Below are positions 41,423 to 54,552 of a stretch of 64,000 bases of DNA, piece by piece. Source of the stretch: Octopus sinensis (Eukaryota). The DNA lies in NCBI RefSeq assembly GCF_006345805.1, contig NC_042998.1:191766001-191830000 (forward strand), in the 5' to 3' direction. The notes beneath the pieces are model-generated. The model was not told the origin of the DNA. It was given only the letters and a program-made list of their open reading frames with translations, and searched no databases. Position 1 is the first letter of the stretch. Every line of letters starts with the position of its first letter. The position numbers and the translations under genes are program-made.

Positions 41423-41859
41423 AAGTAGTAAATAAATGGCACAACTAAGTACCGATATTTACTGGAAATAGCGAACGTAAAAATACGACGCTAATGTATA
41501 GCTTCACCGCGTATGTATTAGCAAAAATGTGTGTGTGCACAAACTAGAGAAAATCGTCTTACCTCCAGGGAGAACATCTGAAAGATGAAATACCTGGAAA
41601 AGGATAATGTGGGACCTGCAGGTTTCAGATTTTACAAGATATGTCTACCACCCATATCTTATTCTATCTTCATCAGCCAAGCATATACCATGACAAAATC
41701 TACGATGTTACCACATTAATGCTATTACCCTCGACTGAAACGCCGAACGCTAAGAGTACGAAAAACGGTGAAGAAGCTTCAATAAATTAGCAATGCAATA
41801 CTAGAGTATCGCCTTCCAATAAAGAATAGCCCGTGAGGGAAAAATACACAAAGTAGTAA

Positions 41860-41896
<37 letters not shown>

Positions 41897-41951
41897 ATAT
41901 GTATATATATTTTCCTCTGTCTTCCCTTCTCTGGATCTTTCCTTCTCCTAT

Positions 41952-41986
41952 GTTTCTGACGAAGAGCTCCGCTCGAAACGTTAAAC
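41952..41986 (+). ncRNA. Minimal type-I hammerhead (Penelope-type, needs a dimer to form stem III)
   Basis: GTTT-CTGACGA-a-GAGC[tcc]GCTC-GAAA-CG-TT-AAAC; stem III is the loopless palindrome ACGT; lies in a repeat (41,920-42,080) also present at 52,700-52,870. Confidence 0.7.
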
Positions 41987-42269
41987 CTTTCCTTCTTTCC
42001 TGAGCGTCCAATAATACTATATTTGTTCCACGTCCTCGCGTTGTTGTGTTTTTTTGTGCTTTCTTGTTTGGATTAACCTTATATATATATATATATATAT
42101 ATAGATATATATATATATATATAGATATATATATATATAGATATATATATATATATTATATATATATATATATATCCGTAATAATGAAGGGTGAAATTAA
42201 TTAATTTGGAAAAATTATCAATTACACCAAGTAGTCTTCGGCATGTAAAAGCCTCATTCGAGGAAAATT

Positions 42270-42335
42270 TAAGTAATACTAAGCAATAAGGGTTTAGCAA
42301 CTCGTTGCTAAACCCTTATTGCTTAGTATTACTTA
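42270..42335. repeat. Perfect palindrome, 32-bp arms with 2-nt spacer
   Basis: taagtaatactaagcaataagggtttagcaac-tc-gttgctaaacccttattgcttagtattactta. Confidence 0.95.
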
Positions 42336-42359
42336 TATATATATATATATATCAACTCG

Positions 42360-42720
42360 ACCCTATAGGTCACAAATGACCATGTGTGCACCTCAGAGGT
42401 TCGACCCCAGGATACATGTCTGGCCGGTAAGTCGCTTCACCGGCGAACGCAGATCCTAGGGCTATGTTTATGGAAGACCAGCAGTCGCTCATGCATACCT
42501 ACCCCCTTCTCCTCGCCACTGATGTTATCCGAAAGAAAGGCAAAGGCCGATACAGATTGGCACCAGTGACATTGCAACTCGTTTCTACGGCTGAGTGAAC
42601 GGAGGCAACTTGAAATAAAGCGTCTTGCTCAAGAACACAACATAAAGCCTGGTCCGGGAATCGAACTCAGAACTTCACGATCGTAAGCTCGACGCTCTAA
42701 CCACTGAGCCATGCGCCTTC
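42360..42720 (-). mobile_element. tRNA-derived SINE
   Basis: Minus strand begins gtgaaggcgcaTGGCTCAGTGGttagagcgtc...GAGTTCGATTCCcggacc (A and B boxes). Confidence 0.8.
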
Positions 42721-42794
42721 ACACACTCACACACACAATACACACCTACACACACTTACACTTACACACACGCACACTTACACACACACACACC

Positions 42795-42870
<76 letters not shown>

Positions 42871-43017
42871 TACGTACATATACACACACACGTATATATA
42901 TGCTTCTATACATACATACATATATATATATATGAATATATATACATATGCATATATATCTATATGTTTATATAACTATATTATGTACATATACACACGC
43001 ATATATATTATATAATA

Positions 43018-43073
<56 letters not shown>

Positions 43074-43524
43074 GCACACATATATATATATATATATATG
43101 CCGGCATAAATAATTCATATTCATATATATGATGTGCATTAGAACTATTCATTCTACTATTCTGTCTTCCTCTTCGGTCTATTTTCTGTGCACAACACAC
43201 GGACACAGACAAAAAAAAGTACCTCTTCGGAGACAACTGTTCTTTCTGTGAAGCAAATCAATATCTCTAAAGCTGCGCAATGATTAATACCTATCAACAA
43301 GGAACCGTCTCACAAGAATATGTTTTCCTGACCTCGTTGCCTACTTATTTCAAAAATATGGAATAGTCGTATAAACACATCAATAGAGACTGGACTTTTA
43401 AACACGATATATGTTGTGATTTTATTGAATTAATTATCATGCAAAGTTCTTCAAACCTGCAATTTACATACACACTCCTTTGCACACACACACACACTCA
43501 TTCGCACACACTCGCACACACTCG

Positions 43525-43556
<32 letters not shown>

Positions 43557-44394
43557 CAATGACTCCCCACACATATATACATATTTATCTACACATTTCC
43601 TCCACACTCGCCGTCACAAGCACGCATACATAATCAGTAGCACGCCCACACATGCGTCTATTATAGACAGGTAGGTGTATAGGTATGGAAAGGTAGTAAA
43701 TGTTATCGGTATTTAAATTTTAGAAATAATGCCCATAAATATATAGATATGAATGCAACATACAAAAGTAAACACTTAGATGTAAACAAGATGGAAAGAA
43801 AATTACTTGATAGTAGAACTGTATCAATGTATCAATGTATCAATGTGTGTATGTGTGTGTGTATGGGTGCGTGTGTGTATATGTGTGTGTGTGTGTGTGC
43901 GTTCTTATCTGTATCTGTGTGATTGCTCATACACACAATCACGAATGCGACACCTCATCTGACATAAACAGTCTGACGTTGACTATAAACCCACACATTC
44001 ATATGATATATACATATAAATACACACACACGCAAATACACAATATGTGTATATAAGGGAAATGATTGATTTAATGTTATTTTTCCGTTCCATACAAGAG
44101 TAAGTAAATGCCTTTCGGCCATTGGGATTTGCTTCCGATGAGAAGGGGAAATACTATTAAGAAAGAGGTCTCCTTCGATGTGGACTTCCCTTTAAGGAAA
44201 TGAAAATTTGATTGTCTTGTGTCAAGGGAGCACTATTGGACACTCCACAATATACATCAATTAATAATCATTATATTAGATAAAATATGATAAATTCCTT
44301 AAATATATATGTATATGTAGATATAAGAGATGAAGAAGTATATATTTTTAATCAGTTTACGCCCGTTTCGAATATCCTAGTACTGTATTATACT

Positions 44395-45870
44395 GCAACA
44401 CAGAGATAAAGCAACTTCATTGATATACTCTTGAAACCAATATTTAAACACATACCAAGTATTGTAAGATATGACCTGGACCTCTTAAACCACCTCTCCA
44501 AACATACCAATAAAGACATTCTCATCGTCTCTTTTGATGTGATAAGCCTTTATACTACGATCCCACATCAATATGAACTAGAAGCCATTCAAATCTGGCT
44601 AGAAAAATACCTCAATGAGGTCTTGGAACGAATAAAATAGAATTTATCATCGAAGGCCTTAAGTTTATCCCCCAAACAACTTTTTAACTTTTAATAACAA
44701 TACCTACAGACAGGTATCAGGGACTGCAATGGTTACTACAGTTGGCCGAACTTACGCCAATCTGGTAATGGCGTACCTAGAATTACAAATCTATGAACAA
44801 TCCAAATCAAAGTACGGCTTGTCTTTACACAAATACCTGTTGAAGAATTGGAAACGCTACTTAGATGACTGCCTCATCCTATGGTCTCACACATTCGACC
44901 AACTCAATGAATTCAAAATTTAATCAACAATGTCAACAACCATATCCAACATACAATGGAATATAGTGAAGTCCAACTTCCATTTCTAGATATTCTTATT
45001 ATAAAAAATGCAACAACATTGAAAATGATATCCACTCAAATCACCTGATTCCAAACAATAAATCCTGTTCACCTCCAATCACCCAAAGCGTACGAAGACA
45101 AACATACCCTTCAATCTAGGAAGAAGAATCTGTACAGTTGTCTCAAATTATAGATCGCAAAATAAAAGACTCCAAGAACTAAAAGCAATTCTCGAAAGAG
45201 AGTACCCAGGATCATTGCTTGACAATGGAAGAGAACGGGCCAAGACTTACGAAATCCGAAACACACTCAAGGTACATTAAATAGTTTTTCATATCTCTCA
45301 ACACACAAGAAATACAGAACCTTACACGATTATATACAAGAACATCCCACTACTGAGAAAAGACCCACGTTTAAAAAGCAATCGAAACCCATAAAATAAT
45401 AAAAAGCAAGAGACAACCGAAATCCCTAAAAAACTTACTCACCAATGCAAAATAACCTAACACCCACTGTCAAAGAATGTGATCGAACTGCAGGACTGCA
45501 TCCACCTCATTGAAGGAACAATATACAAATTCCAGTTAGGATACACTTTTGTCATAAAAAAATAACTTTACCTGCACATCAAAAACTTTATTTCATCCAT
45601 TAGGTGTGAAGGCTACCACAAAGAATACATAGGGCAGGCTAGTTTTACCCTCAGAGATAGGATGACATTCCACCGCCAACAACTGACGAATACCACCACG
45701 AGATAGATACCACTTAGTGGCCACTTAGATCTTTGTGCACAAAACAAGTCCCCCAAATTCCTAGTTTTACCATTGTACCAATGCCCAGACAACACCACTG
45801 ACAAAACACGAATAAATAAGGAAAATATACTTATTCAAAAATACAGACAAAAACTCATCATACTCTAACA
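44395..45870 (+). mobile_element. Decayed Penelope-like element (RT + GIY-YIG with CCHH linker, Neptune-like)
   Basis: SFDVISLYTTIPH, GTAM..TYANLVMAYLE, WKRYLDDCLILW, LPFLDILI, ..SIRCEGYHKEYIGQ...LRDRMTFHRQQ; many stops and frameshifts. Confidence 0.85.
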
Positions 45871-47290
45871 TACCCCCCCCAGGTACACATCCACACCAAA
45901 CACACACAGAAAGAAAAACAGATGTACAAGCACACAAAGAGAAACACAGATGTACAAGCGCACACACACAAATACAATGCAAACCGGCCACACTAACACA
46001 CATACATATACACACACGCACAAACACAATATCACCACGATCGAGCACAAACCCACACGCATTCCAAGAAAAGATACATACATATATACACATGCAATAC
46101 GATTCTAGCAGCCAAAACTAACACTCACAGATAGACAGACACACATACACATATACGTAAACACTTACATGCGCACACCTACAAACACCGCCCTGACAAT
46201 TACAAGACACAATCACACAAACACACCCACACATACACAGATACACACACAAACATGCAGATACAGCAAAGCCCCCCATACACGCATATATACACACATA
46301 CGTACACACACACACACACAATATGCCCGTTCCCCAGTAAAAAATCAAACATGCACACACTTAAAGAAAAAACACACATATATATATACGCAACACAATT
46401 CCAACAATCACAACAAACACTCACATACACACACACATACACAGATACATACACACACACAAGCACGCACACACACACACCACCCTGACAAATACAAGAC
46501 ATATAGGCACACTCACACAAACACACCCACAAATATACACACACTGCACAAACCATACAAACAAAACATTAACAATAATACACTCAAACATATACACGCA
46601 CCACACAAAACTTACATACACACTTGCACTCATACGTACACGCACACTTCGCCACAACAAATATAGCACACACACACATGTGCACCGCCCCCCCCCCGAA
46701 AACTACATAAGCCACACCCACATACATATGCACACACAAACGCATACTCAGTACAAACATGCACAGTATACACACGCACACACATACACACCACCCGATC
46801 AACGTAACATCTACGGACACACACAGAACCCTTGACAAAAGCAACACACTCTTACACACATGCATACCCACACACACATACATATGCACTCTCACACACA
46901 TATACGTATGCACACACACCACCCCCACCACCACCTGGACCATTATAACACTACAAGCATACACAGAGACGCACAAGCATACTCACGTACACGCATATAA
47001 CATGCCCACCAAAACAGCGCACACAGAACAGATGCACTCATATACACACACGAACAAACACGTACGCACACATGCACACACACAGCAACGTGACAAATAC
47101 AAATCGCACACACACACACACACACCCATGCATACATGTATATGCATCACCTTGCTAAATATAAAACATACACAGACACATACACACGCCACACTGAACT
47201 CTAAGACCAATCAAAGACAACCCCCCCACACAAACACACATAGAAACGTGCACACACACACACACACACACCCACACCATTGTGAACTCT
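45870..47290 (+). repeat. ~1.4-kb degenerate CA-rich simple-sequence array directly after the PLE ORF
   Basis: Very G-poor on the plus strand; recurring longer units (ccctgacaa.tacaagac at ~46,190 and ~46,483; gaactctaagacca twice). Confidence 0.85.
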
Positions 47291-47685
47291 AAGACCAGTC
47301 CCCAAAACCACTGAACCATGACAGTCTAGCCCAGAAACAATGCTCTCCCCCACCAACCAACGTCCCACACTATTTCAAACAATAGCAGACATTTCTTATA
47401 CTCACACTACAAGACAGGAGATGAAGGATGGAAAGGATGGACATTCCCCTAAAATTCTGAATAAATACATAAATTGCTCCTTCTGTGTATATGCTTCTAT
47501 ACAACCATGATTTTTTGATGAACTTAAAATAGTTATATATTTATTTTACTACCTATTTTGAACACTTTCATGTAAACTGTTTAATCAAAAAGCCCCTAAG
47601 CCCCTCTTAACATTTTCAAACACTCTCTCCTATATATTTTCGCTCGTGCCGTACCTTGCAAGTTTACTTTGTTATATATTTATAT

Positions 47686-47805
47686 ATATTGTTATATTTC
47701 GGAATGGTCATATTGCCAGTTTAGCCAATAAAAACACACGCACTATATATTTGGTGTTATTTTGCTTCAGTGATATTTATTTTTTACATTAATCTTAATC
47801 TTATT
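47686..47805 (-). repeat. Left arm of a ~118-bp near-identical inverted repeat
   Basis: Reverse complement of 49,871-49,988; differs only by two homopolymer indels. Confidence 0.9.
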
Positions 47806-49260
47806 AAGTAGATGTTTAAGAGGTAGACCGCCTACAATTACTTCTATGGCTAGGAAGACACATATAGAAAGATGGCGCGGATGGACCAGAGCCATACGGA
47901 GCCCCGCAAATGTCCATCAGGTAAAGAAAATGATCGCACATGCACTAGGAGCTAGTATAAGAGTTACCCTAAAAGGCCACACATTTAAATTTAATAATAA
48001 AATATATGCCCAGGACGAGGGGGCAGCCATCGGTGTTAGTATCGCTGGTGATGTGGCCAACCTCTTCATGGTATGGTGGGACAGAAAGCTTAAAGAATGC
48101 CTACTGCAGAAATCCATACTCATAAACATGTACTCTCGCTATGTTGATGAATCAATATAGTAGTAAAGGCACCCCCACAAGAGAGTAATTGATATAGTAA
48201 TAGAAACTAATACTATGGAGAGCATCCAGCAAATAGCTAACTCCATCCACCAGAGTATTAAGGTCACAATAGACTACCCACTAAACACCCCAACCATAGA
48301 CTACCAGTACTAGACACTGAACTCTGGCTAGAAATTGTGAAAAATAAAACCCAAATCCTTCATTCATACTATGCAAAACCTATGGCCTCAAAATACCTGA
48401 TCCACCGGAACTCAGCCATTGCGGACAATGCCAAATTCAATATTTTGATGGCAGACCTCGTCAGAATAATGAGAAATGTGTCACGCATGTGCGAGCCTAC
48501 AGAATTAAAGAGACACATACAGTATTTCATTCACCGCATGCAGTTCTCAGGTTACAGCCATAAAGAAAGGGTCATAGTATACAAAGGAGCCATGAAGAAA
48601 TGATAATATTATGTAATGATAGGAATGGGATTTGCCCACTCTATAGGAACAAGTCATGGAACACTATAGAAAGGACAAAAAAGAAAAATGGAAGGCCAAC
48701 TCTTGGTATGATAGCCATAAATACCAGAGTGTCATGTTCGTTGACACCACCCCTGGAGGTGAACTGGGTACCGCTTTAGAAGGACCCTAGATAAACTTAA
48801 ACTAAGAATTAAGGTTGTTGAAAAGCCAGGCAACCCTATCAGATCTATAATTGGTAGAAGCTATCCTTTTAGTAGAACTCTCTGTACGGATAACTATGCA
48901 CTGTATGTAGATTTAGCCCACAAACAAACTGTAAAGCCAGAAATGTGGTCTATAGTATAAGATGTATAGAGGGACGATGCAGTAACAAGACAGTAACATA
49001 CGTAGGGGAAACAGCAAGACCATTGGTGAGCGGGTGAATGAACATTGGAGACAACTCAAGGAAGGTAAAAGCTCATCGATTCTGTACCAACACGCTGAAC
49101 AAGAACACGGGGGATCAATCAATAACATAGAGATTAAGATATTGTCCACACATAGAACAGATGCAACAATTAGACAAATTACAGAAGCTACACATATAAT
49201 AGAAAATAGCCTGAATAGAAAACTAGAATGGAGCAATAGCGCACACCACAACATATGACG
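47806..49260 (+). mobile_element. 5'-truncated, decayed Penelope-like element (Naiad-like by motif, inferred)
   Basis: GHTFKFNNKIYAQDEGAAIGVSIAGDVANLFMVWWD, SRYVDE, LPVLD, KPMASKYLI, CTVC..CKARNVVYSIRC..C...YVGETAR..GERVNEH...HAEQEH...LNRKLEW. Confidence 0.8.
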
Positions 49261-49382
49261 ATAGTGGATCCTGCAAAACATAACAAATACACAGATAATT
49301 AAAGAAATAGAAATGAATAACTATATATATATGTGTATGTATGTGTGTATGTGTGTGTGTATATATGTATATATATATAATG

Positions 49383-49438
<56 letters not shown>

Positions 49439-49826
49439 GAATATTATATATATATATATATATTTTTTTTTTTATTTTTTTTTTTATTTATTTATTTTTT
49501 CAATTAGATTTATTATTATTATTACTAATATTGTTGTTATACATATATACAAGCATATGTAATGATAATAATGGGTGGATGTAAAAACACATGAACAAAA
49601 TTAGAACAAAAGCAACAACAACAACAACAAAAACAAAATACAAATTACAAGAATGTATATAACCAGAAGATACAAATATTACAGGCATCCCCCCTCACAC
49701 ACACACTAAATAAACATAGACGCACATAGAGATATAAGCATGCGCAAATGAAGACATACAATAGAAATACAAAATGGCTGACGGTTAGTAAGGAGAGACA
49801 CAAGTAAGTGAGAAGAAAACAAAGGA

Positions 49827-49866
49827 CCACTGATGCGGTCACAGGAGTGTGACGAAAGAACTTTGG
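49827..49866 (+). ncRNA. Hammerhead-like motif with A9 replaced by C
   Basis: CCA-CTGATGC-g-GTCAC[aggagt]GTGAC-GAAA-GAAC-TT-TGG. Confidence 0.45.
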
Positions 49867-49870
49867 CCGA

Positions 49871-49988
49871 AATAAGATTAAGATTAATGTAAAAAATAAA
49901 TATCACTGAAGCAAATAACACCAAATATATAGTGCGTGTGTTTTATTGGCTAAACTGGCAATATGACCATTCCGAAATATAACAATAT
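49871..49988 (+). repeat. Right arm of the ~118-bp inverted repeat (pseudo-LTR-like tail)
   Basis: Starts 7 nt downstream of the predicted hammerhead cleavage site (49,863/49,864). Confidence 0.9.
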
Positions 49989-50047
49989 CTGTTTCAAACC
50001 ACACTTCACATAAAAAAATCTTGCACAACAATATATTTAAACGTATA

Positions 50048-50093
<46 letters not shown>

Positions 50094-50520
50094 TCAGTAA
50101 AAACAATTAAGATTCAAGTGAGTTCCAATGAATTCACATGAATGCGGTACTTAACTTAGATGCACCAGAAATCTATATGGTATTAACCATAAAATGATGT
50201 GGGGTGATTATATACAAGAAAAAAGCAACAAGAATGGATTAGTTGTTCAGTACAATTGTTTCATACGAAGAACAGCTTTATTAAAAGCTGCAAATATTCC
50301 AGCAAATACAAGTGTCCCGTATTCATCAGCCAAAACACATATGAGTTTTCCAAACATTCTAGGGGGTGAGGCTACACTCATGAAGTATCGTAGAGAGTTC
50401 TATGAAAAGCAAAGTTAGATTGTAAGCAGACTTCAAAAGTTCTCTAATGATGCACAGTTTTATAAAAGGTTTTTAAAAAAGTTTGTTAGCTTCACAGAAA
50501 AGGTAAATCCATCCATAATA

Positions 50521-50690
50521 ATGCAGGTGTAATTTCCGGAGATATGGGGAGATATTTCATCAGAGACTATATGAGAGAGTTAGCTAACTAGAAGAAAATA
50601 TTGAACTCTACTATTTCCCTTTAGTTAACTCACGTATGCCGTCCCTGATGAAGTGATATCCCTAATATCTCAGAAAAAAACTGTAAGACT
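50521..50690. ncRNA. Two decayed hammerhead-like motifs of the 6,455 family in divergent orientation
   Basis: Plus 50,641-50,690: gtcc-CTGATGA-agtgatat...atatctca-GAAA...TA-agac; minus 50,521-50,567: gtct-CTGATGA-aatatc...atatctccg-GAAA. Confidence 0.3.
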
Positions 50691-50796
50691 ATATTTCCGT
50701 TTATAAAAGTCTTAAAATTTCCACGCAGTCTTGGCTTAGTTATCTCATTTTATCTTGCATATACATATGTTAGATAAACATATACACATACATACA

Positions 50797-50830
<34 letters not shown>

Positions 50831-50927
50831 CATACATACATGTATATATATATATATATATACATATATATGCATGTATATAGGTATATATGTATGTAAG
50901 TGCATGTATATATGTAAATGCAAATAC

Positions 50928-50971
<44 letters not shown>

Positions 50972-50981
50972 GTCTGTCTAT

Positions 50982-51019
<38 letters not shown>

Positions 51020-51052
51020 GTTTGTCTGTCTGTCTGTCTGTCTATCTATCTG

Positions 51053-51125
<73 letters not shown>

Positions 51126-52741
51126 GTACGTATCTATGTATGTATTTATGTATGTATGTATGTATGTATGTATGTATGTATTATGTATATGGAAATCCGT
51201 TAGTTTTCAATTGGTTATATTTGCAAGTCAATAAATAAACATTTACGATCGCTGCTTGCAGAATTATATACTAGTAAAATTCACAGTTATACAGAAGAGA
51301 CAGAAGCAGCCGCTACTGATAAATTATAATATAAACTTTCACATGAGATGAACATTATTAATTGTTATTGATTCAATTAACCTACAGTTATAATTTTTTT
51401 CCATGATATAGGTCAATGCATATTGTTCAGAATTGGATTTGTGTAACAGAATACGGAAAAAAGCCAGACAAAAACACAATTCATTAACACATATATTTAC
51501 TGTTTAATTTGTTCAATTATTGAATTGAAATTTAATCGTAATATGATATCTACAAATTGATTCAATAAAGCCATACCTTCTCAAATTATATTCAGAAGAT
51601 ATTTTTTGTGAATCAAATGTTATCGCTGACTAAGACTGGGCATTAACAGTAATCAATAATTTTTGCTACTTTTTATTTAGTTCTTGTAAGAGCATCATCT
51701 TTTTGGATCATCATCTTCTGGACTAAGGAGTCATATTTTATCGATTTTCCCAAGAAACAGACTGATTTCATAATTCGGAAAGTAAAATCAGTTTTGTTCA
51801 CTTGATTATCCTCTAGTTGACTGAATGATATGGTTAAATAACTTTATCTCACCGATGTAATCAGACAACAACCCATTTCAACATTACCGTTCATTAAATA
51901 AAAGCTTTTACGTCACATATGCGAAAATTAGATTTAATGATTTCTTGATATCGTTAACAATTTAGTGTTCCTATTGTTGTATCAGTATGGAACTATAAAA
52001 GAAACTTATTTTAATTGTAAATTAATAGAAGCTAAAGTTACTTTATTGATTAATGCATTAAAGCACCACAAGAATTCGCAATCATTCAAGCACTGAACTT
52101 AATGATTTATCAATCTTTGTTGCATGTTACTTCACTTACCATGAGTAATGTTTGGTTGACCCACTTCTCAATAGTCAAGTTTAGTTTAGTTTCATAAGTA
52201 ACACTGTTAAATTCGCATTTAATAGTATAGCTTAGCTCTTACTATTAAAACGCTGTTACAGAACGACGTAAGAAGACTGTTTGTACGTGTAATATGTGTA
52301 TGGTTTCCATTATCAATCCATTTCTAGTGTTGCCTCCTACGTAAATGCAGATTGTAGCGTGACATACGCTGGAAGTAAATATAGCTTTATATAAATAATA
52401 TACACGGCATTTACATTTGTAAGATTAAATTTGTGTATATATGTGTAAGCTTGCAAGTGCGCGGGTAAGTCCGTGTGTGTTGTATGTATAAATCAAAAAA
52501 GATACAAACAAAAATACCCCATTGTTGTGGTTGAAATTTCAATGAAGGAGCGTTGAATCTAGATTAGAGAGTGTCTCTCTATTGGCAAGAAATCTTGAAA
52601 TAAAATTCAACAATGACATAGTACATACATACATACATACAAATATATATATATTTGGTCTTTTCAGTATGTGACCTCGTGAAGACTACTTGCAATTTTT
52701 TTCCCTCTGTCCTCCCACCTCGGGATCTTTCTTTCTCCTAT

Positions 52742-52776
52742 GTTTCCGACAAAGAGCTCCGCTCGAAACGTCATAC
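52742..52776 (+). ncRNA. Decayed copy of the 41,952 hammerhead (GUC triplet)
   Basis: GTTT-CCGACAA-a-GAGC[tcc]GCTC-GAAA-CG-TC-ATAC; two core substitutions. Confidence 0.45.
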
Positions 52777-53183
52777 CCTCCTTCTTCCGTTCTTTCCTGA
52801 GCGCCCAATAATACTTTATTTGTTCCACATCCTCGCGTTGTTGTCTTTTTGTTTTCTTGTTTGGATTAACTTTATATATATATATATATATATCCTCACC
52901 ATCGATTAACAACCGATGTTGGTGTGTTTATGCCCCCGTTTTTTAGCGGTTAGGCAAAGAGGGACTGAGAGAATAAGTCATAAGCTTACAAAGAATATTT
53001 AAAGATTTGTGGGTACGTTGTACTTTGTTATGCAAGCACAATATACTATAAGGTATATTAAATGTTTCCATAAGTTAGCACCACGTTCTATTGTGTCAGC
53101 AATAATATTTACATTACTATGTCAGGGTTATTTCTACAAATATCTTATTTGAACTTTTAGCTAGTACTGATTTTATATAAGTA

Positions 53184-54422
53184 TCAGGTCATCCCATAAA
53201 TTCTGTCCGAATATTGAATAGAGAAAACAAATGATCAAATGTTATATTTAATTGAAATTTAATCATCAATGTACTTTTCCTGATTATCTATTACTTCCTT
53301 CTATCTCTTTACAAACTTTTTAATCCCATCAATGTAAAATTCTTTTGGTTTCAAAGCGAAGAACTCTGAAATGTCAGTTTTGTCCTCCTCCTGGCTTGCG
53401 AAAGTTATGTCCCCGAAATGAATCTGTAAACTACGAAACAAATGGTAGTCTGAGGGAACAAGGTCGGGAGAATAAGGTGGACGAGAATTTTTTTCCCAAA
53501 CAATCTCTTCGATCTTCTAAGATGTGATCTTTGCAGTGTGGGGTCACGCATTGTCCTAATAAAACATCACTCCTTTTCCATTCACTAAAGCGGGTCTTTT
53601 TTTCTTCAAAGCATGGTTCAAATGCTCTAATTGCTGACAGTAAACTTGATCATTGATTGTTGCATTAGGTGGTAGCAATTCAAAGTGAATTACTAATTTG
53701 CGATCCCACCAGATAGAGATAAGAACCATTTTTCCCATGAAGCTCCCTTCTCAGTTCTGGTTGCGCTTTTTCCCTTTTACCAAGCCACTGTTTACGACAT
53801 TTAACATTTCGTTAGAATATCCATTTTTCGTCACCAATCACAAGTCTATCCAAAAAGGGTGGAATGAGTTCGCGAGAATGGAGAGAAGAGCAGATGTCAA
53901 CTCGAGATTTGGGGTTGAATTTGGACAATTCAGGAGGCACCCATTTTCCAAGTTTAGGAAACTTTCCAAGTTGTTGAAGATTATGATGAACAGTTGTATG
54001 GATTGAACTAAGCTTTATTGCCAATTCTTCAACTGAAAATGCTGGATTTTCTTCAAGTAATGCTTCAAGGAGCTTATCAAACTCAATTGGACGTCCTGTT
54101 CGATCTTCTGCAAATTCTTTCATTCAAGAATTCTTCCCCATAAACTGAGTGTATATTTCGAGTCCCTTCGGCTGCAGAGTTTCCTTTTTTATACTCATAA
54201 AGCATTATGTGTCTCAAATGCTCTTTGGTTACTTCCATGTTAGAAAGGGTTTTAATCAAAGTAATTTTAATTCTATTATTCTGTAAAATAATATATAATT
54301 AGTTTAAATGTACACAAATGCATAACAATATTCTTTAATTCCATTAGACATTCTGAAATACTATTAAATTTCATTCAACTTTAAAAAGGGTAAAATCGGA
54401 CAGAACTTATGGGATGACATGA
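53184..54422 (-). mobile_element. Near full-length, inactivated mariner (D,D34D) transposon
   Basis: TA-flanked TIRs (27 of 29 nt identical including the TA) at 53,182-53,210 and 54,396-54,424; GKWVP, GDEKW, WWD, DNA*PH and PYSPDLVPSDYHLF motifs in broken frames. Confidence 0.92.
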
Positions 54423-54505
54423 TAAATTGGTATATTCAGTAGCTTAACACCGCTGTATACAGTGACTATATAAGTAATGTGTTCGGAGGCAAAAGTGGGT
54501 CGGTT

Positions 54506-54552
54506 GAGTACTGAAGAAGAGGCAACAGTCCCCGAAATATGTATATACACTC
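54506..54552 (+). ncRNA. Decayed hammerhead-like motif
   Basis: gta-CTGAAGA-a-GAGGC[aaca]GTCCCC-GAAA-TATGTA-TA-tac; stem III looks like a CpG-decayed ATACGTAT palindrome. Confidence 0.3.

Noticed and set aside
48880-49000. Possible selenocysteine (UGA) codons in the Naiad-like GIY-YIG zinc finger
   Set aside because: All the Cys positions I can read are TGT or TGC, so there is no sign of the selenoprotein-type variant in this copy.
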